DNA from: Prevotellaceae bacterium
Lineage (GTDB): Bacteria > Bacteroidota > Bacteroidia > Bacteroidales > Paludibacteraceae
Direction of reading: 5' to 3'
Length of the DNA stretch: 64,000 nt
NCBI GenBank assembly: GCA_031271005.1
Contig: JAISWT010000111.1
Coordinates: forward strand, 3,428-67,427
Part shown: positions 24,816 to 33,491 of the stretch, piece after piece
Layout: every line of letters begins with the position of its first letter
Position numbering within the stretch: position 1 is the stretch's first letter
Made by a program: the position numbers and the translations under genes
Notes under the pieces: generated by a model
Database searches by the model: none
What the model saw: only the letters and a program-made list of their open reading frames with translations
Told to the model about the DNA's origin: nothing

Positions 24816-25121
24816 TGGTTAGTGGTTAGTGGTTAGTGGTTAGTGGTTAGTGGTTAATTAAGAAATGAAGAAATGAAGAAATGAAGAAATGAAGAAATGA
24901 AGAAATGAAGAAATGATGAAATTGAGAATTGAGAATTGAGAATTATATTCAATTACGAATTAAAAATTACGAATTACGATTTGCTAATTGCTAATTGCTA
25001 ATTGCTAATTGATTAAAGTTTCTAACTATACCTAACTAAACTCTAAACTCTAAACTCTAATAACTGCTATCTGCTATCTGCTATCTGCTATCTGCTATCT
25101 GCTAATTGCTAATTATTAATT
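24806..25121 (+). repeat. Composite short-tandem-repeat cassette, full copy 1
   Basis: Ordered modules: (TAGTGGT)x7, (AAGAAATG)x7, (GAGAATT)x3, CGAATTA-like bits, (TTGCTAA)x4, CTAAC-rich linker, (AAACTCT)x3, (CTGCTAT)x5, (TTGCTAA)x2. The cassette fills the whole DUF1599-ABC spacer. Confidence 0.95.
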
Positions 25122-25126
25122 GATGT

Positions 25127-26017
25127 ATGATGATTTTTGCAAAGAACATATCAAAGGTTTATCGCCAAAAGTTTCGGGAAATCAGCGCGTTAGAAAATGT
25201 TTCGCTGGAAATTCGGAAGGGCGAACTTTTCGGGCTTGTCGGTCCTGACGGCGCAGGCAAGACTTCGCTTTTCCGTATTCTTACCACGCTGATACAGCCC
25301 GACGGGGGCGTGGCTACGGTTTGCGGCTTCGATGTGATGAAAGATTTGGCGGAAATAAGACGCCGCATTGGATATATGCCGGGGCGGTTTTCGCTGTATC
25401 AGGATTTGAGCGTGGAGGAAAATCTGAATTTCTTTGCCGACATTTTCGGTACAACCGTAGAGGCAAACTACGATGTTATCCGCGATATTTATGTGCAGAT
25501 TGAGCCGTTCAAGACGCGGCGCGCGGGCAAGCTGTCGGGCGGAATGAAGCAAAAACTCGCGCTGTGCTGCGCCCTTGTGCATAAACCCGAAGCGCTGTTC
25601 CTCGACGAGCCTACAACAGGAGTAGACCCCGTGAGCCGCAAAGAATTTTGGGCAATACTAAGGAAACTGATTGACGCAGGAATTACAATTATGGTAAGTA
25701 CGCCATATATGGACGAAGCAAGTCTGTGTCAGCGAATTGCATTGATTCAAAATGGGAAAATATTGTCCGTCGACACACCGCAAAATATTGTAAATCAGAA
25801 TAATAATACAATATTTGAAATACGGTCGCCCAACAATTACGCACTACAGCAATCATTGAGAGAGCGTGCAGATGTTGCTTCGTGCTACATGTTTGGCGAC
25901 ACTCTGCATCTGGTTTTTCAAAATAATATTTTACCCGATAACTTGCCACAAGACATTGATATTCGGAGAATAATGCCTGCTATAGAGGATTGCTTTATTG
26001 AATTAATGAAACAATAG
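25127..26017 (+). CDS. ABC transporter ATP-binding protein (ABC-2 type)
   Basis: 296 aa. Walker A GPDGAGKTS, signature LSGGMKQK, Walker B LFLDEPTTGVD. No permease gene is adjacent. Confidence 0.9.
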   Translation: MMIFAKNISKVYRQKFREISALENVSLEIRKGELFGLVGPDGAGKTSLFRILTTLIQPDGGVATVCGFDVMKDLAEIRRRIGYMPGRFSLYQDLSVEENLNFFADIFGTTVEANYDVIRDIYVQIEPFKTRRAGKLSGGMKQKLALCCALVHKPEALFLDEPTTGVDPVSRKEFWAILRKLIDAGITIMVSTPYMDEASLCQRIALIQNGKILSVDTPQNIVNQNNNTIFEIRSPNNYALQQSLRERADVASCYMFGDTLHLVFQNNILPDNLPQDIDIRRIMPAIEDCFIELMKQ

Positions 26018-26022
26018 AAACA

Positions 26023-26066
26023 GTTAGCAATTAGCAATTAGCAAGTAGCAATTAGCAATTAGCATT
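26023..26066. repeat. Tandem heptamer array (TTAGCAA x6)
   Basis: gttagcaattagcaattagcaagtagcaattagcaattagca, starting 6 bp after the ABC gene stop. Confidence 0.85.
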
Positions 26067-26118
26067 AAAAATTAAAAATTTTTCAAAAAAATTATCATAA
26101 AAAAAACAAATAAAAAAG

Positions 26119-27327
26119 ATGAGTAAAGTTATAGTAATCGGTGCGGGCGGAGTAGGTACTGTGGTGGTGCATAAACTTGCGCAAAACGCAGATGTTTTTA
26201 CCGACATACTGCTGGCGAGCCGCACCAAGTCCAAGTGCGACCTTATTGCCGCAGATATTAAGCAGCGTTATAATATTGACATTAAGACTGCTGCCGTTGA
26301 TGCCGACAATTTGCCCGATTTGGTTAATCTTTTTAACGGGTTCAAGCCGAAAATTGTTATCAATGTAGCATTGCCGTACCAGGATTTGACAATTATGGAC
26401 GCTTGCCTTGCCTGCGGAGTGAACTATTTGGACACCGCCAATTACGAACCCGAAGACGATGCACATTTTGAATACTCGTGGCAATGGGCGTATCAGGAGA
26501 AGTTCAAAGACGCAGAATTGACGGCAATTTTGGGCTGCGGCTTTGACCCGGGCGTAACCGGCGTCTTCACCGCCTATGCAGCAAAACACTATTTTGATGA
26601 AATGCATAGCCTTGACATTGTGGACTGCAACGCCGGCGACCACGGCAAAGCATTTGCTACCAACTTCAACCCCGAAATTAACATCCGCGAAATAACACAG
26701 GAAGGCAAGTTTTGGGAAAACGGACAGTGGCACCGTACAGAACCGCTGGCGGTACACCGCACTTTGAATTACCCCGAAATTGGCGAAAGAGACTCGTATT
26801 TACTGTTCCACGAAGAACTGGAAAGTCTGGTAAAGAATTTTCCCACCCTGAAACGGGCGCGTTTCTGGATGACATTCGGGCAGGAATATTTAACGCATTT
26901 GCGTGTGATCCAAAACATTGGTATGGCTCGCATTGACGAAGTGGATTATAACGGACAAAAAATTGTACCCATTCGGTTCCTGAAAGCCGTATTGCCCAAC
27001 CCGCAAACTTTGGGCGAAAACTACACCGGATGGACATCAATAGGCTGCCGCATTCGCGGGGTCAAAGATGGCAACCCGCTAACATTCTGCATCTATAACA
27101 ACTGCTCGCACCAAGCGGCTTACAGGGAAACAGGCACACAGGCAGTGAGTTACACAACAGGAGTACCTGCAATGACAGGAGCATACATGTTCCTCACAGG
27201 TAAATGGCAGGGCGCAGGCGTGTTCAATGTGGAAGAGTTTGACCCAGACCCGTTCCTCGAAAAACTTGCAGAAAGCGGCTTGCCATACAAGTTTGAAATA
27301 AACGGAGATTTGGAATTTGACGCCTGA
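26119..27327 (+). CDS. Saccharopine dehydrogenase family protein, probable carboxynorspermidine synthase/dehydrogenase
   Basis: 402 aa. Rossmann motif VIGAGGVGTVV and the LDTANYEPEDDAHFEYSWQWAY block, typical of carboxy(nor)spermidine dehydrogenases. Confidence 0.8.
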   Translation: MSKVIVIGAGGVGTVVVHKLAQNADVFTDILLASRTKSKCDLIAADIKQRYNIDIKTAAVDADNLPDLVNLFNGFKPKIVINVALPYQDLTIMDACLACGVNYLDTANYEPEDDAHFEYSWQWAYQEKFKDAELTAILGCGFDPGVTGVFTAYAAKHYFDEMHSLDIVDCNAGDHGKAFATNFNPEINIREITQEGKFWENGQWHRTEPLAVHRTLNYPEIGERDSYLLFHEELESLVKNFPTLKRARFWMTFGQEYLTHLRVIQNIGMARIDEVDYNGQKIVPIRFLKAVLPNPQTLGENYTGWTSIGCRIRGVKDGNPLTFCIYNNCSHQAAYRETGTQAVSYTTGVPAMTGAYMFLTGKWQGAGVFNVEEFDPDPFLEKLAESGLPYKFEINGDLEFDA

Positions 27328-27419
27328 TTTTTGAATTGTTTTTTCAGTTGCTAAAAAAAATAATTCAAAATACTGCTGTTAAACATAAAAAAAAAAATTG
27401 CCTATCAAAAAAAATGTTG

Positions 27420-27427
27420 TAACTTTG
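27420..27427 (+). promoter_or_regulatory. Candidate -7 promoter box (TAACTTTG)
   Basis: TAnnTTTG match 97 bp upstream of the greA ATG. Confidence 0.45.
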
Positions 27428-27523
27428 CAGCAGTAATATTTTGATTAGTGAGGGTACCGATGAGGATATCGGTATTCTTTTTTGTTTAACTTTTTTGTAA
27501 AATATAAAAAAAAAGAGAAATTT

Positions 27524-27994
27524 ATGGCTGCTATTTATATGACCGAAGATGGTTATCGTAAATTGATGGAAGAACTCAGCGAAATGGAGAGCGTTCAACG
27601 CCCTGCTATTTCCAAGCAAATTGCAGATGCCCGCGACAAGGGCGACCTTTCGGAGAACGCCGAGTACGACGCTGCTCGCGAGGCTCAGGGCTTGCTCGAG
27701 ATGAAAATCGCGATACTTAAAGACAAGATTGCCAATGCGCGTATGATTGACGAGTCGAAGATTAAGACCGACAAGGTCCAGATTCTGACAAAAGTTAAAA
27801 TCCGCAATACCAAGACCGCGCAGGAGATGATTTACACGCTTGTTTCGGAGAGCGAGGCGAACTTCAAGGAGGGCAAACTGTCGGTAACAACGCCGATAGC
27901 GCAGGGGCTTCTGGGCAAGGAAGTAGGTCAAAAAGCGCTTGTGCGCGTCCCGTCCGGCGAAATGGAATTTGAGGTTCTCGAAATCGGTTTATAA
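27524..27994 (+). CDS. greA: Transcription elongation factor GreA
   Basis: 156 aa from the ATG at 27524. YMTEDGY.KL..EL......RP.I...I..AR..GDLSENAEYDAA.E.Q is the GreA N-terminal coiled-coil signature. Confidence 0.92.
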   Translation: MAAIYMTEDGYRKLMEELSEMESVQRPAISKQIADARDKGDLSENAEYDAAREAQGLLEMKIAILKDKIANARMIDESKIKTDKVQILTKVKIRNTKTAQEMIYTLVSESEANFKEGKLSVTTPIAQGLLGKEVGQKALVRVPSGEMEFEVLEIGL

Positions 27995-28034
27995 TTTTTT
28001 TTTATTTGTCAAACTTATTAATTACTAATTGATT

Positions 28035-28430
28035 ATGACTGTTTTCAGTAAAATTGCTTCCGGCGAACTGCCTTCGTACAAGGTAGCCGAAGACGACAAT
28101 TTTTTTGCGTTTTTGGATATTAGACCGCTTACAGCGGGGCATACGCTTGTTGTCCCGCGAAAAACAGAGAACGATTATCTGTTTTCGCTTGATAATGAGA
28201 CATATAGCGGGTTGCTGCTGTTTGCAAAGCGGGTGGCAGCGGCATTGGAAAAGGCTGTGCCGTGTCGCCGAATAGGAATGATGGTTTTAGGAATGGAAGT
28301 GCCGCACGCTCACATTCATCTCGTGCCTCTGCAAAAAGAGAGCGACATGAACTTGATTAACAAGAAGTTGAACTTGTCGCCGGAGGAAATGCAGGCTATT
28401 GCCGAAAAAATTTTTAAAAATTTTTCTTGA
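28035..28430 (+). CDS. HIT family (histidine triad) protein
   Basis: 131 aa from the ATG at 28035. FSKIASGELPSYKV.ED..F.AFLDI.P...GHTLVVPRK and histidine triad HAHIHLVP. Confidence 0.9.
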   Translation: MTVFSKIASGELPSYKVAEDDNFFAFLDIRPLTAGHTLVVPRKTENDYLFSLDNETYSGLLLFAKRVAAALEKAVPCRRIGMMVLGMEVPHAHIHLVPLQKESDMNLINKKLNLSPEEMQAIAEKIFKNFS

Positions 28431-28459
28431 AAAAGTTTTTTTATTTTAAAAAAAAATTA

Positions 28460-28467
28460 TACATTTG
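28460..28467 (+). promoter_or_regulatory. Candidate -7 promoter box (TACATTTG)
   Basis: TAnnTTTG match 42 bp upstream of the small ORF at 28509. Confidence 0.45.
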
Positions 28468-28508
28468 CCGCACTAATTTTTTTATAAACTAATATAAATT
28501 TTTAAGAA

Positions 28509-28679
28509 ATGAAAACAAATGCACCGAAATTTATCACCTTAGTTATTGCCGTTATTTTGGCAGTAGTGGGTTTGGTTGGGCTGCTGGTTCCCGCGCTTCA
28601 TCTTGGTTGTTGTGCTGCGTGGCTTGTAGTGGCAGGATTTGTAGTTCTGCTCGCCGGCAATTTGCTCAAAGGGCTATAA
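28509..28679 (+). CDS. Small (56 aa) two-helix membrane protein, not in the ORF track
   Basis: My own translation is MKTNAPKFITLVIAVILAVVGLVGLLVPALHLGCCAAWLVVAGFVVLLAGNLLKGL. It has two hydrophobic helices, its own -7 box upstream and a strong terminator 25 bp downstream. Confidence 0.5.
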   Translation: MKTNAPKFITLVIAVILAVVGLVGLLVPALHLGCCAAWLVVAGFVVLLAGNLLKGL

Positions 28680-28704
28680 CTGTTTGATGGTTACAGAAGA
28701 AAAG

Positions 28705-28743
28705 CAAGGTCGTTCAAATAATGATGAACGACCTTGTTTTTTT
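28705..28743. terminator. Intrinsic terminator (usable by both convergent genes)
   Basis: Perfect 12-bp stem caaggtcgttca / tgaacgaccttg with an 8-nt loop, followed by T7. The 5' side is A/G-rich. Confidence 0.75.
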
Positions 28744-28765
28744 GCTTTGCTTTTGGATTTTTTTT

Positions 28766-28790
28766 AAAAATCTGATTTTTATAAGTTTCT
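28766..28790. repeat. Dispersed motif, copy iv (reverse orientation)
   Basis: aaaaatctgatttttataagtttct is the reverse complement of agaaacttataaaaatcagattttt. Confidence 0.55.
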
Positions 28791-28792
28791 TT

Positions 28793-29548
28793 TTAAAAAA
28801 TTCTGTAACTCAAAGTGAATGTCATCTGAGGATACACAGCGAGAGTAACCATGTCTAAAACTGTTTTATAACCGTCGTTTGCTTCGCCAACTTTCGAGTC
28901 GTCAAGTGTAAATTTGCCGCCTGCATTGTCGCTGTACAACCCGAATTTACCCTGATAAATCATTCCCAGGTCCCAACGGAAGCCCACGCGCTTGTTAGGA
29001 ATGGTTTTGCCAAGTCCAATGCCTATATAAGGCTTAATAACGCTACCCATAGAAATGTGTCCTTTGAAAGTACCATCCGCATTGGGTTTTATTTTGACGC
29101 CTTCAAAAGAGAAGTCGCCGTCTGCCTTTCCAGACACGTTCACTCTGTCAGTACCGATGAACACACCGCCCGTAATTGAGAAAACAGTGTTGCCGCCAAA
29201 GGGATAATAGTCGGCAAGAATGCTTCCATTAATCATTGCTATACCGGCTTTATTAATCTCACCGGAAACAGACTCTGCTTGCGTTCCATCGTAACTGTCG
29301 GCTTCAAAGGATTGCTCTTTAATAAGAGAAGGAACAAGCCCAAGCCCGAAATAGTTCAACCCTACTCTTGCTTTGAGTATAGGCAAAAGAGAGAAATGTA
29401 CGGAAATACCCTCGCCTTTGAGGAAAGAGTAATTAAGACCCACTCCCAAATGATCCATAAATCCACCTTCGGAAGCGTTTTGCGCCTTTATGCCATTTGC
29501 AGAGCATAAGAGAGCGGCAGCAAATAAAATACTAAAAACTTTTTTCAT
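28793..29548 (-). CDS. Outer membrane beta-barrel protein (porin-family/OmpW-like size)
   Basis: 251 aa. Signal peptide MKKVFSILFAAALLCSANGIKA/Q, alternating-hydrophobicity strands rich in G/Y, and a C-terminal aromatic residue (..TLSYRIF). Confidence 0.7.
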   Translation of the reverse strand: MKKVFSILFAAALLCSANGIKAQNASEGGFMDHLGVGLNYSFLKGEGISVHFSLLPILKARVGLNYFGLGLVPSLIKEQSFEADSYDGTQAESVSGEINKAGIAMINGSILADYYPFGGNTVFSITGGVFIGTDRVNVSGKADGDFSFEGVKIKPNADGTFKGHISMGSVIKPYIGIGLGKTIPNKRVGFRWDLGMIYQGKFGLYSDNAGGKFTLDDSKVGEANDGYKTVLDMVTLAVYPQMTFTLSYRIF

Positions 29549-29944
29549 GATTTTTTAAATTAAAAATTTTTGAATTAAAAATATTAAAATTTGTTTTCTT
29601 CTTCCGCAAATATTATGCCATAAAATATTTCTTAAACGGTTAATTCTTTTTTTGAGGCGCTATTATACCTCACACAGTTATACACACCGGTCAATATCAC
29701 GCCGATTTTCAATTCAGGACAAGCTAACATCAACTGATGCGCAATGAGTTACTAATTTTTAGGCTTCTTAAATATATTAAAAAAGGCAATAGTACCTCAA
29801 AAAAAAATTTAACCTGAATTTATACGAATTATTTTTAAAGAATAAAGATTTTTTCGCTCCTTTGCGGTAAAAAAAATATTTAACCGCAAGGGGCGCAAGA
29901 TTTTTTGCAAAGAACGCAAGACTTGTCCCGCCAAAGCGGGAATG

Positions 29945-30033
29945 TTTTGTGCCCTTTGTGAATTTCTTTGTGTTCTTTGTGGTGAGAAAAATTTACCACA
30001 AGGGACACAAAGGTTGCACAAAGAGCACAAAGA
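29945..30033. repeat. Hairpin-forming word-repeat element (CTTTGTG)n - loop - (CACAAAG)n
   Basis: Left arm ttttgtgccctttgtgaatttctttgtgttctttgtggt; right arm accacaagggacacaaaggttgcacaaagagcacaaagaa. Same architecture as 11757-11844. Confidence 0.8.
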
Positions 30034-30054
30034 ATGACCTGCCCTGTGTTATTC

Positions 30055-30110
30055 ACTAACCACTAACCACTAACCACTAACCACTAATAACTGACCACTA
30101 ATAACTAAGC
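30055..30110. repeat. Tandem heptamer array (CTAACCA x4, then CTAATAA variants)
   Basis: Reverse orientation of the TAGTGGT unit. Confidence 0.85.
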
Positions 30111-30246
30111 GCTGACCCCTACATTAACCAATTTGTCCCCCTTGAAAAGTCAAAAAAAGTTATTAGTATTAAAAAAAAATGCCGTAATATTGCGCATTAG
30201 AAAATTAAAATAACATTTAATAACTTTAAATTTAATTATCATAAAC

Positions 30247-33200
30247 ATGAAACAGAGACGAAAAAGTGTTTTTCTGGCAGTTACATTGTTGCTTATTTCG
30301 GTTACGCTTTTTGCGCAGACGCGGACGGTAAGCGGCGTTGTAACCGACCGGCAGGGCGAGCCGCTTGCGGGAGTAACAGTTAAGGCAAAAGGCACAACCA
30401 CAGCCACTATGACTGACGGTAGCGGGCATTATTCACTCAATGTTCCGCAAAACGCAAGCGCACTTGAATCCAGTTATGTTGGCTACAAACCTGCCGAGCA
30501 GCGCATTACGGGCGGCGTTGTAAATTTCGCTTTGCAGGAAGATGTTACCAGCCTTGACGAAGTGGTGGCAATCGGTTATCAGTCTGTGAGGCGTAAAGAT
30601 TTGACAGGCGCAGTAAGTTCGGTTGCCGGCGATGTGTTGAACAAAATCCCAACCTCTTCGGTTCAAGAAGCGCTTACAGGACAGTTAGCCGGCGTGCAAG
30701 TAACAACAAGCGAAGGCTCGCCGGATGCGCAAATTTCTATTCGCGTACGCGGCGGCGGCTCAATTACCCAAAGCAACGAACCGCTGTATATTGTTGACGG
30801 ATTCCCCGTGAGCGACATTTCGAGCATTGCGCCTTCGGACATCGAAACAATTGATGTTTTGAAAGACGCATCCTCCTCTGCTATTTACGGCGCACGCGGT
30901 GCTAATGGCGTAATAATCATTACAACAAAAAGCGCTAAAGCGGGAAAAATTAGGGTGAATTACAATGGCTATTACGGAATCTCAAAAATTGCCAACCCGC
31001 TTAACAGGTTAAATGTACAGGATTATTTGAAATGGCAATATGAACTTTCGTTGTTACGCGACTCAAAATCTGCTTACGAAAAGTATTTTGGCGCATATGA
31101 GGACATGGACATGTATGCTAATTATCAGGGAATTGACTGGTTAGACCAACTTTACGGAAACATTGGGCAAACTTCCAATCACAATGTAAGCGTATCGGGC
31201 GGCTCGGAAACCTTCAATTTTACAGCGAGTTATGCGCACATTGATAACAGCGCGATTATGACAAACTCTTCGTTCAATCGCGATAACTTGGCGTTAAAAT
31301 TAGGAGTAAAATCTTCGGAAAGCACCAAAATTGATTTATCGGCGCGTTATGCAAATACGGGCATCCTTGGCGCAGGTTCAACCGACGGGTCGAAAACCGC
31401 AGTAGGTATGCGCGATTCGCGTACAAAACAGGCAATGCTTTATTCGCCAATACCTTTTCAGGTTGTCAATCTTGATGATGCAGAAGATGATATGAACGAC
31501 AATCTTATTGACCCGCTTGTATCCTTGCGCGACAACGACCGCAGACAGCGCAGAGAGGCATTGAATATTGCCGGCGGCTTCTCATGGGAAATTTTCAAGA
31601 ATTTTACGGCTCGCACAGAGGTCGGATTAGACAGATACAACGGCAAAGATACGCGCTTTTACGGTACTACTTCCTACAATTCAAGAAATACCGCTAACGG
31701 CACGCAGGGAATGCCTATGATAACTGTTACAAATGCTTGGCGGAATGTTTTCAGAAATACCAATACCATTAACTACGATTTCAAAGCGTTGCTGCCCGAA
31801 ACCCATTCGCTTAATATGATTGCAGGCGAAGAAACAATTACAGGCAACAGTGAAACATTGACGAACACGGCAACAGACTATCCTGTTGAATTTACCTTTG
31901 AAGATTGTATAAACTTGACAGGACAGGGTAAAGCGCTGCCTTTCGACAATAAGTTTGCCGCAACCGATAGACTGATTTCGTTTTTTGGGCGCATTAATTA
32001 CAGTTATAACGACAGATATTTGCTGTCGGCATCATTTCGCGCCGACGGCTCTTCCAAATTTCCCCGCGGAAACAGATGGGGCTATTTCCCCTCGGCTGCG
32101 GTTGCGTGGCGCATTTCCGAAGAAGGTTTTATGGACGGAATTAAAGATGCTGTCAGCAATCTTAAAATCAGAGCAAGTTTTGGGCAAGCCGGAAACAACC
32201 AAATCCCGTCAGGGACAATGTTTCAGGATTACAACAGAACAACATCGAACACAGGTTGGCTGTACGACACTAATATTTGGGCGCCCAATCAGGAGATTAT
32301 GGCAAATCCGAAATCAAAATGGGAAGTCATCACCACGCGAAATGCAGGTTTAGACTTTGGGTTCATAAAAAATAAACTTTATGGAACACTCGATGTTTAC
32401 TGGAACACAACAGACGATTTGTTCATTCGTTATCCGGTTACGGGCAGCGGTTACAAATATCAATACATTAATGTTGGTCAAACCGAAAACAAAGGTGTGG
32501 AAGCAACGGTTAACTGGATTGCGCTTGACAAGAAAAATTACGGCTTAAATTTAAGTTTCAATATTGGTTTCAACAAAAACAAAGTAAATTCTTTGGGCGG
32601 ACTTGACCAAATCACAACGCAAGCCTATTGGAACTCCGAAGTGCTTGACGATTATATTGTAAAAGTTGGCGGACAAATCGGCGAAATATACGGCTATCTG
32701 TCCAACGGGCGTTATGAAGCAGACGATTTTGTGGGTTACAACGAGGGTACTAAAAAATGGATTCTGAAAGACGGACAACCAACCTACTCCGATATTTTGG
32801 ATGCGGATATTCGCCCCGGATCAATTAAATTGCAGGACATGGACGGCGACGGCAAAATAACCACTGCCGACAAGCGCGTTATAGGCAATGCAAATCCCCT
32901 CCATGTGGGCGGCTTCACCATCAACGGAAGACTCTACGGATTTGACTTAACGGCAATGTTCAATTACAGTTACGGAAATCAGGTGTACAACGCCAATAAA
33001 ATTGAATATACTTCTACCAGTAAATACAATTACCGTAATATGATTGACATAATGGCAGAAGGCAATCGCTGGACAAATCTTCTTCCGGACGGAACGCTTT
33101 CGACAGATTTGGACCAACTGCGCGAAATGAATAAAAACACTACAATGTGGTCGCCATACATGAAGAATTACATTTTGACCGACTGGGCAGTGGAAGATGC

Positions 33201-33450
33201 TTCTTTTCTGCGCCTGAACACACTCACTTTGGGCTATTCGTTGCCTGTTGATATCGTAAGGCGTGCAAAATTGCAACAAGTGCGCTTCTACATTTCGGCA
33301 TACAACGTTTTCTGCCTGACAAACTACACAGGATTTGACCCCGAAGTTTCAACCCGCTCATCTTCGGCAGACATGCCAACGCCGGGAGTTGATTACGCTG
33401 CCTATCCCAAAAGCAGACAATTTTTGTTTGGTGTTAATTTAACTTTTTAA
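30247..33450 (+). CDS. SusC/RagA-family TonB-dependent outer membrane transporter
   Basis: 1067 aa. Signal peptide, carboxypeptidase-regulatory-like domain (VSGVVTDRQGEPLAGVTV), plug motif IDVLKDASSSAIYGARGANGVIIITTK, and a C-terminal barrel ending ..FGVNLTF. No STN signalling domain. Confidence 0.93.
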   Translation: MKQRRKSVFLAVTLLLISVTLFAQTRTVSGVVTDRQGEPLAGVTVKAKGTTTATMTDGSGHYSLNVPQNASALESSYVGYKPAEQRITGGVVNFALQEDVTSLDEVVAIGYQSVRRKDLTGAVSSVAGDVLNKIPTSSVQEALTGQLAGVQVTTSEGSPDAQISIRVRGGGSITQSNEPLYIVDGFPVSDISSIAPSDIETIDVLKDASSSAIYGARGANGVIIITTKSAKAGKIRVNYNGYYGISKIANPLNRLNVQDYLKWQYELSLLRDSKSAYEKYFGAYEDMDMYANYQGIDWLDQLYGNIGQTSNHNVSVSGGSETFNFTASYAHIDNSAIMTNSSFNRDNLALKLGVKSSESTKIDLSARYANTGILGAGSTDGSKTAVGMRDSRTKQAMLYSPIPFQVVNLDDAEDDMNDNLIDPLVSLRDNDRRQRREALNIAGGFSWEIFKNFTARTEVGLDRYNGKDTRFYGTTSYNSRNTANGTQGMPMITVTNAWRNVFRNTNTINYDFKALLPETHSLNMIAGEETITGNSETLTNTATDYPVEFTFEDCINLTGQGKALPFDNKFAATDRLISFFGRINYSYNDRYLLSASFRADGSSKFPRGNRWGYFPSAAVAWRISEEGFMDGIKDAVSNLKIRASFGQAGNNQIPSGTMFQDYNRTTSNTGWLYDTNIWAPNQEIMANPKSKWEVITTRNAGLDFGFIKNKLYGTLDVYWNTTDDLFIRYPVTGSGYKYQYINVGQTENKGVEATVNWIALDKKNYGLNLSFNIGFNKNKVNSLGGLDQITTQAYWNSEVLDDYIVKVGGQIGEIYGYLSNGRYEADDFVGYNEGTKKWILKDGQPTYSDILDADIRPGSIKLQDMDGDGKITTADKRVIGNANPLHVGGFTINGRLYGFDLTAMFNYSYGNQVYNANKIEYTSTSKYNYRNMIDIMAEGNRWTNLLPDGTLSTDLDQLREMNKNTTMWSPYMKNYILTDWAVEDASFLRLNTLTLGYSLPVDIVRRAKLQQVRFYISAYNVFCLTNYTGFDPEVSTRSSSADMPTPGVDYAAYPKSRQFLFGVNLTF

Positions 33451-33491
33451 TAAAAAAAATAATGTTTAACAATATTAAAATTATTTATAAC

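Noticed and set aside
24806-25121. Resemblance of TTAG-type heptamers to eukaryotic telomere repeats (TTAGG/TTTAGGG), which could indicate contamination.
   Set aside because: The arrays are internal and flanked on both sides by typical Bacteroidota genes. They consist of many different unit types, and they recur in ordered cassettes in both orientations. The resemblance is superficial.
25127-26017. Solitary ABC ATPase as GldA (the gliding-motility ABC component), given gldH and T9SS genes in the window.
   Set aside because: Only generic ABC motifs are visible, there are no gldF/gldG neighbours, and I could not recognise GldA-specific sequence. It is left as a generic ABC-2-type ATPase.
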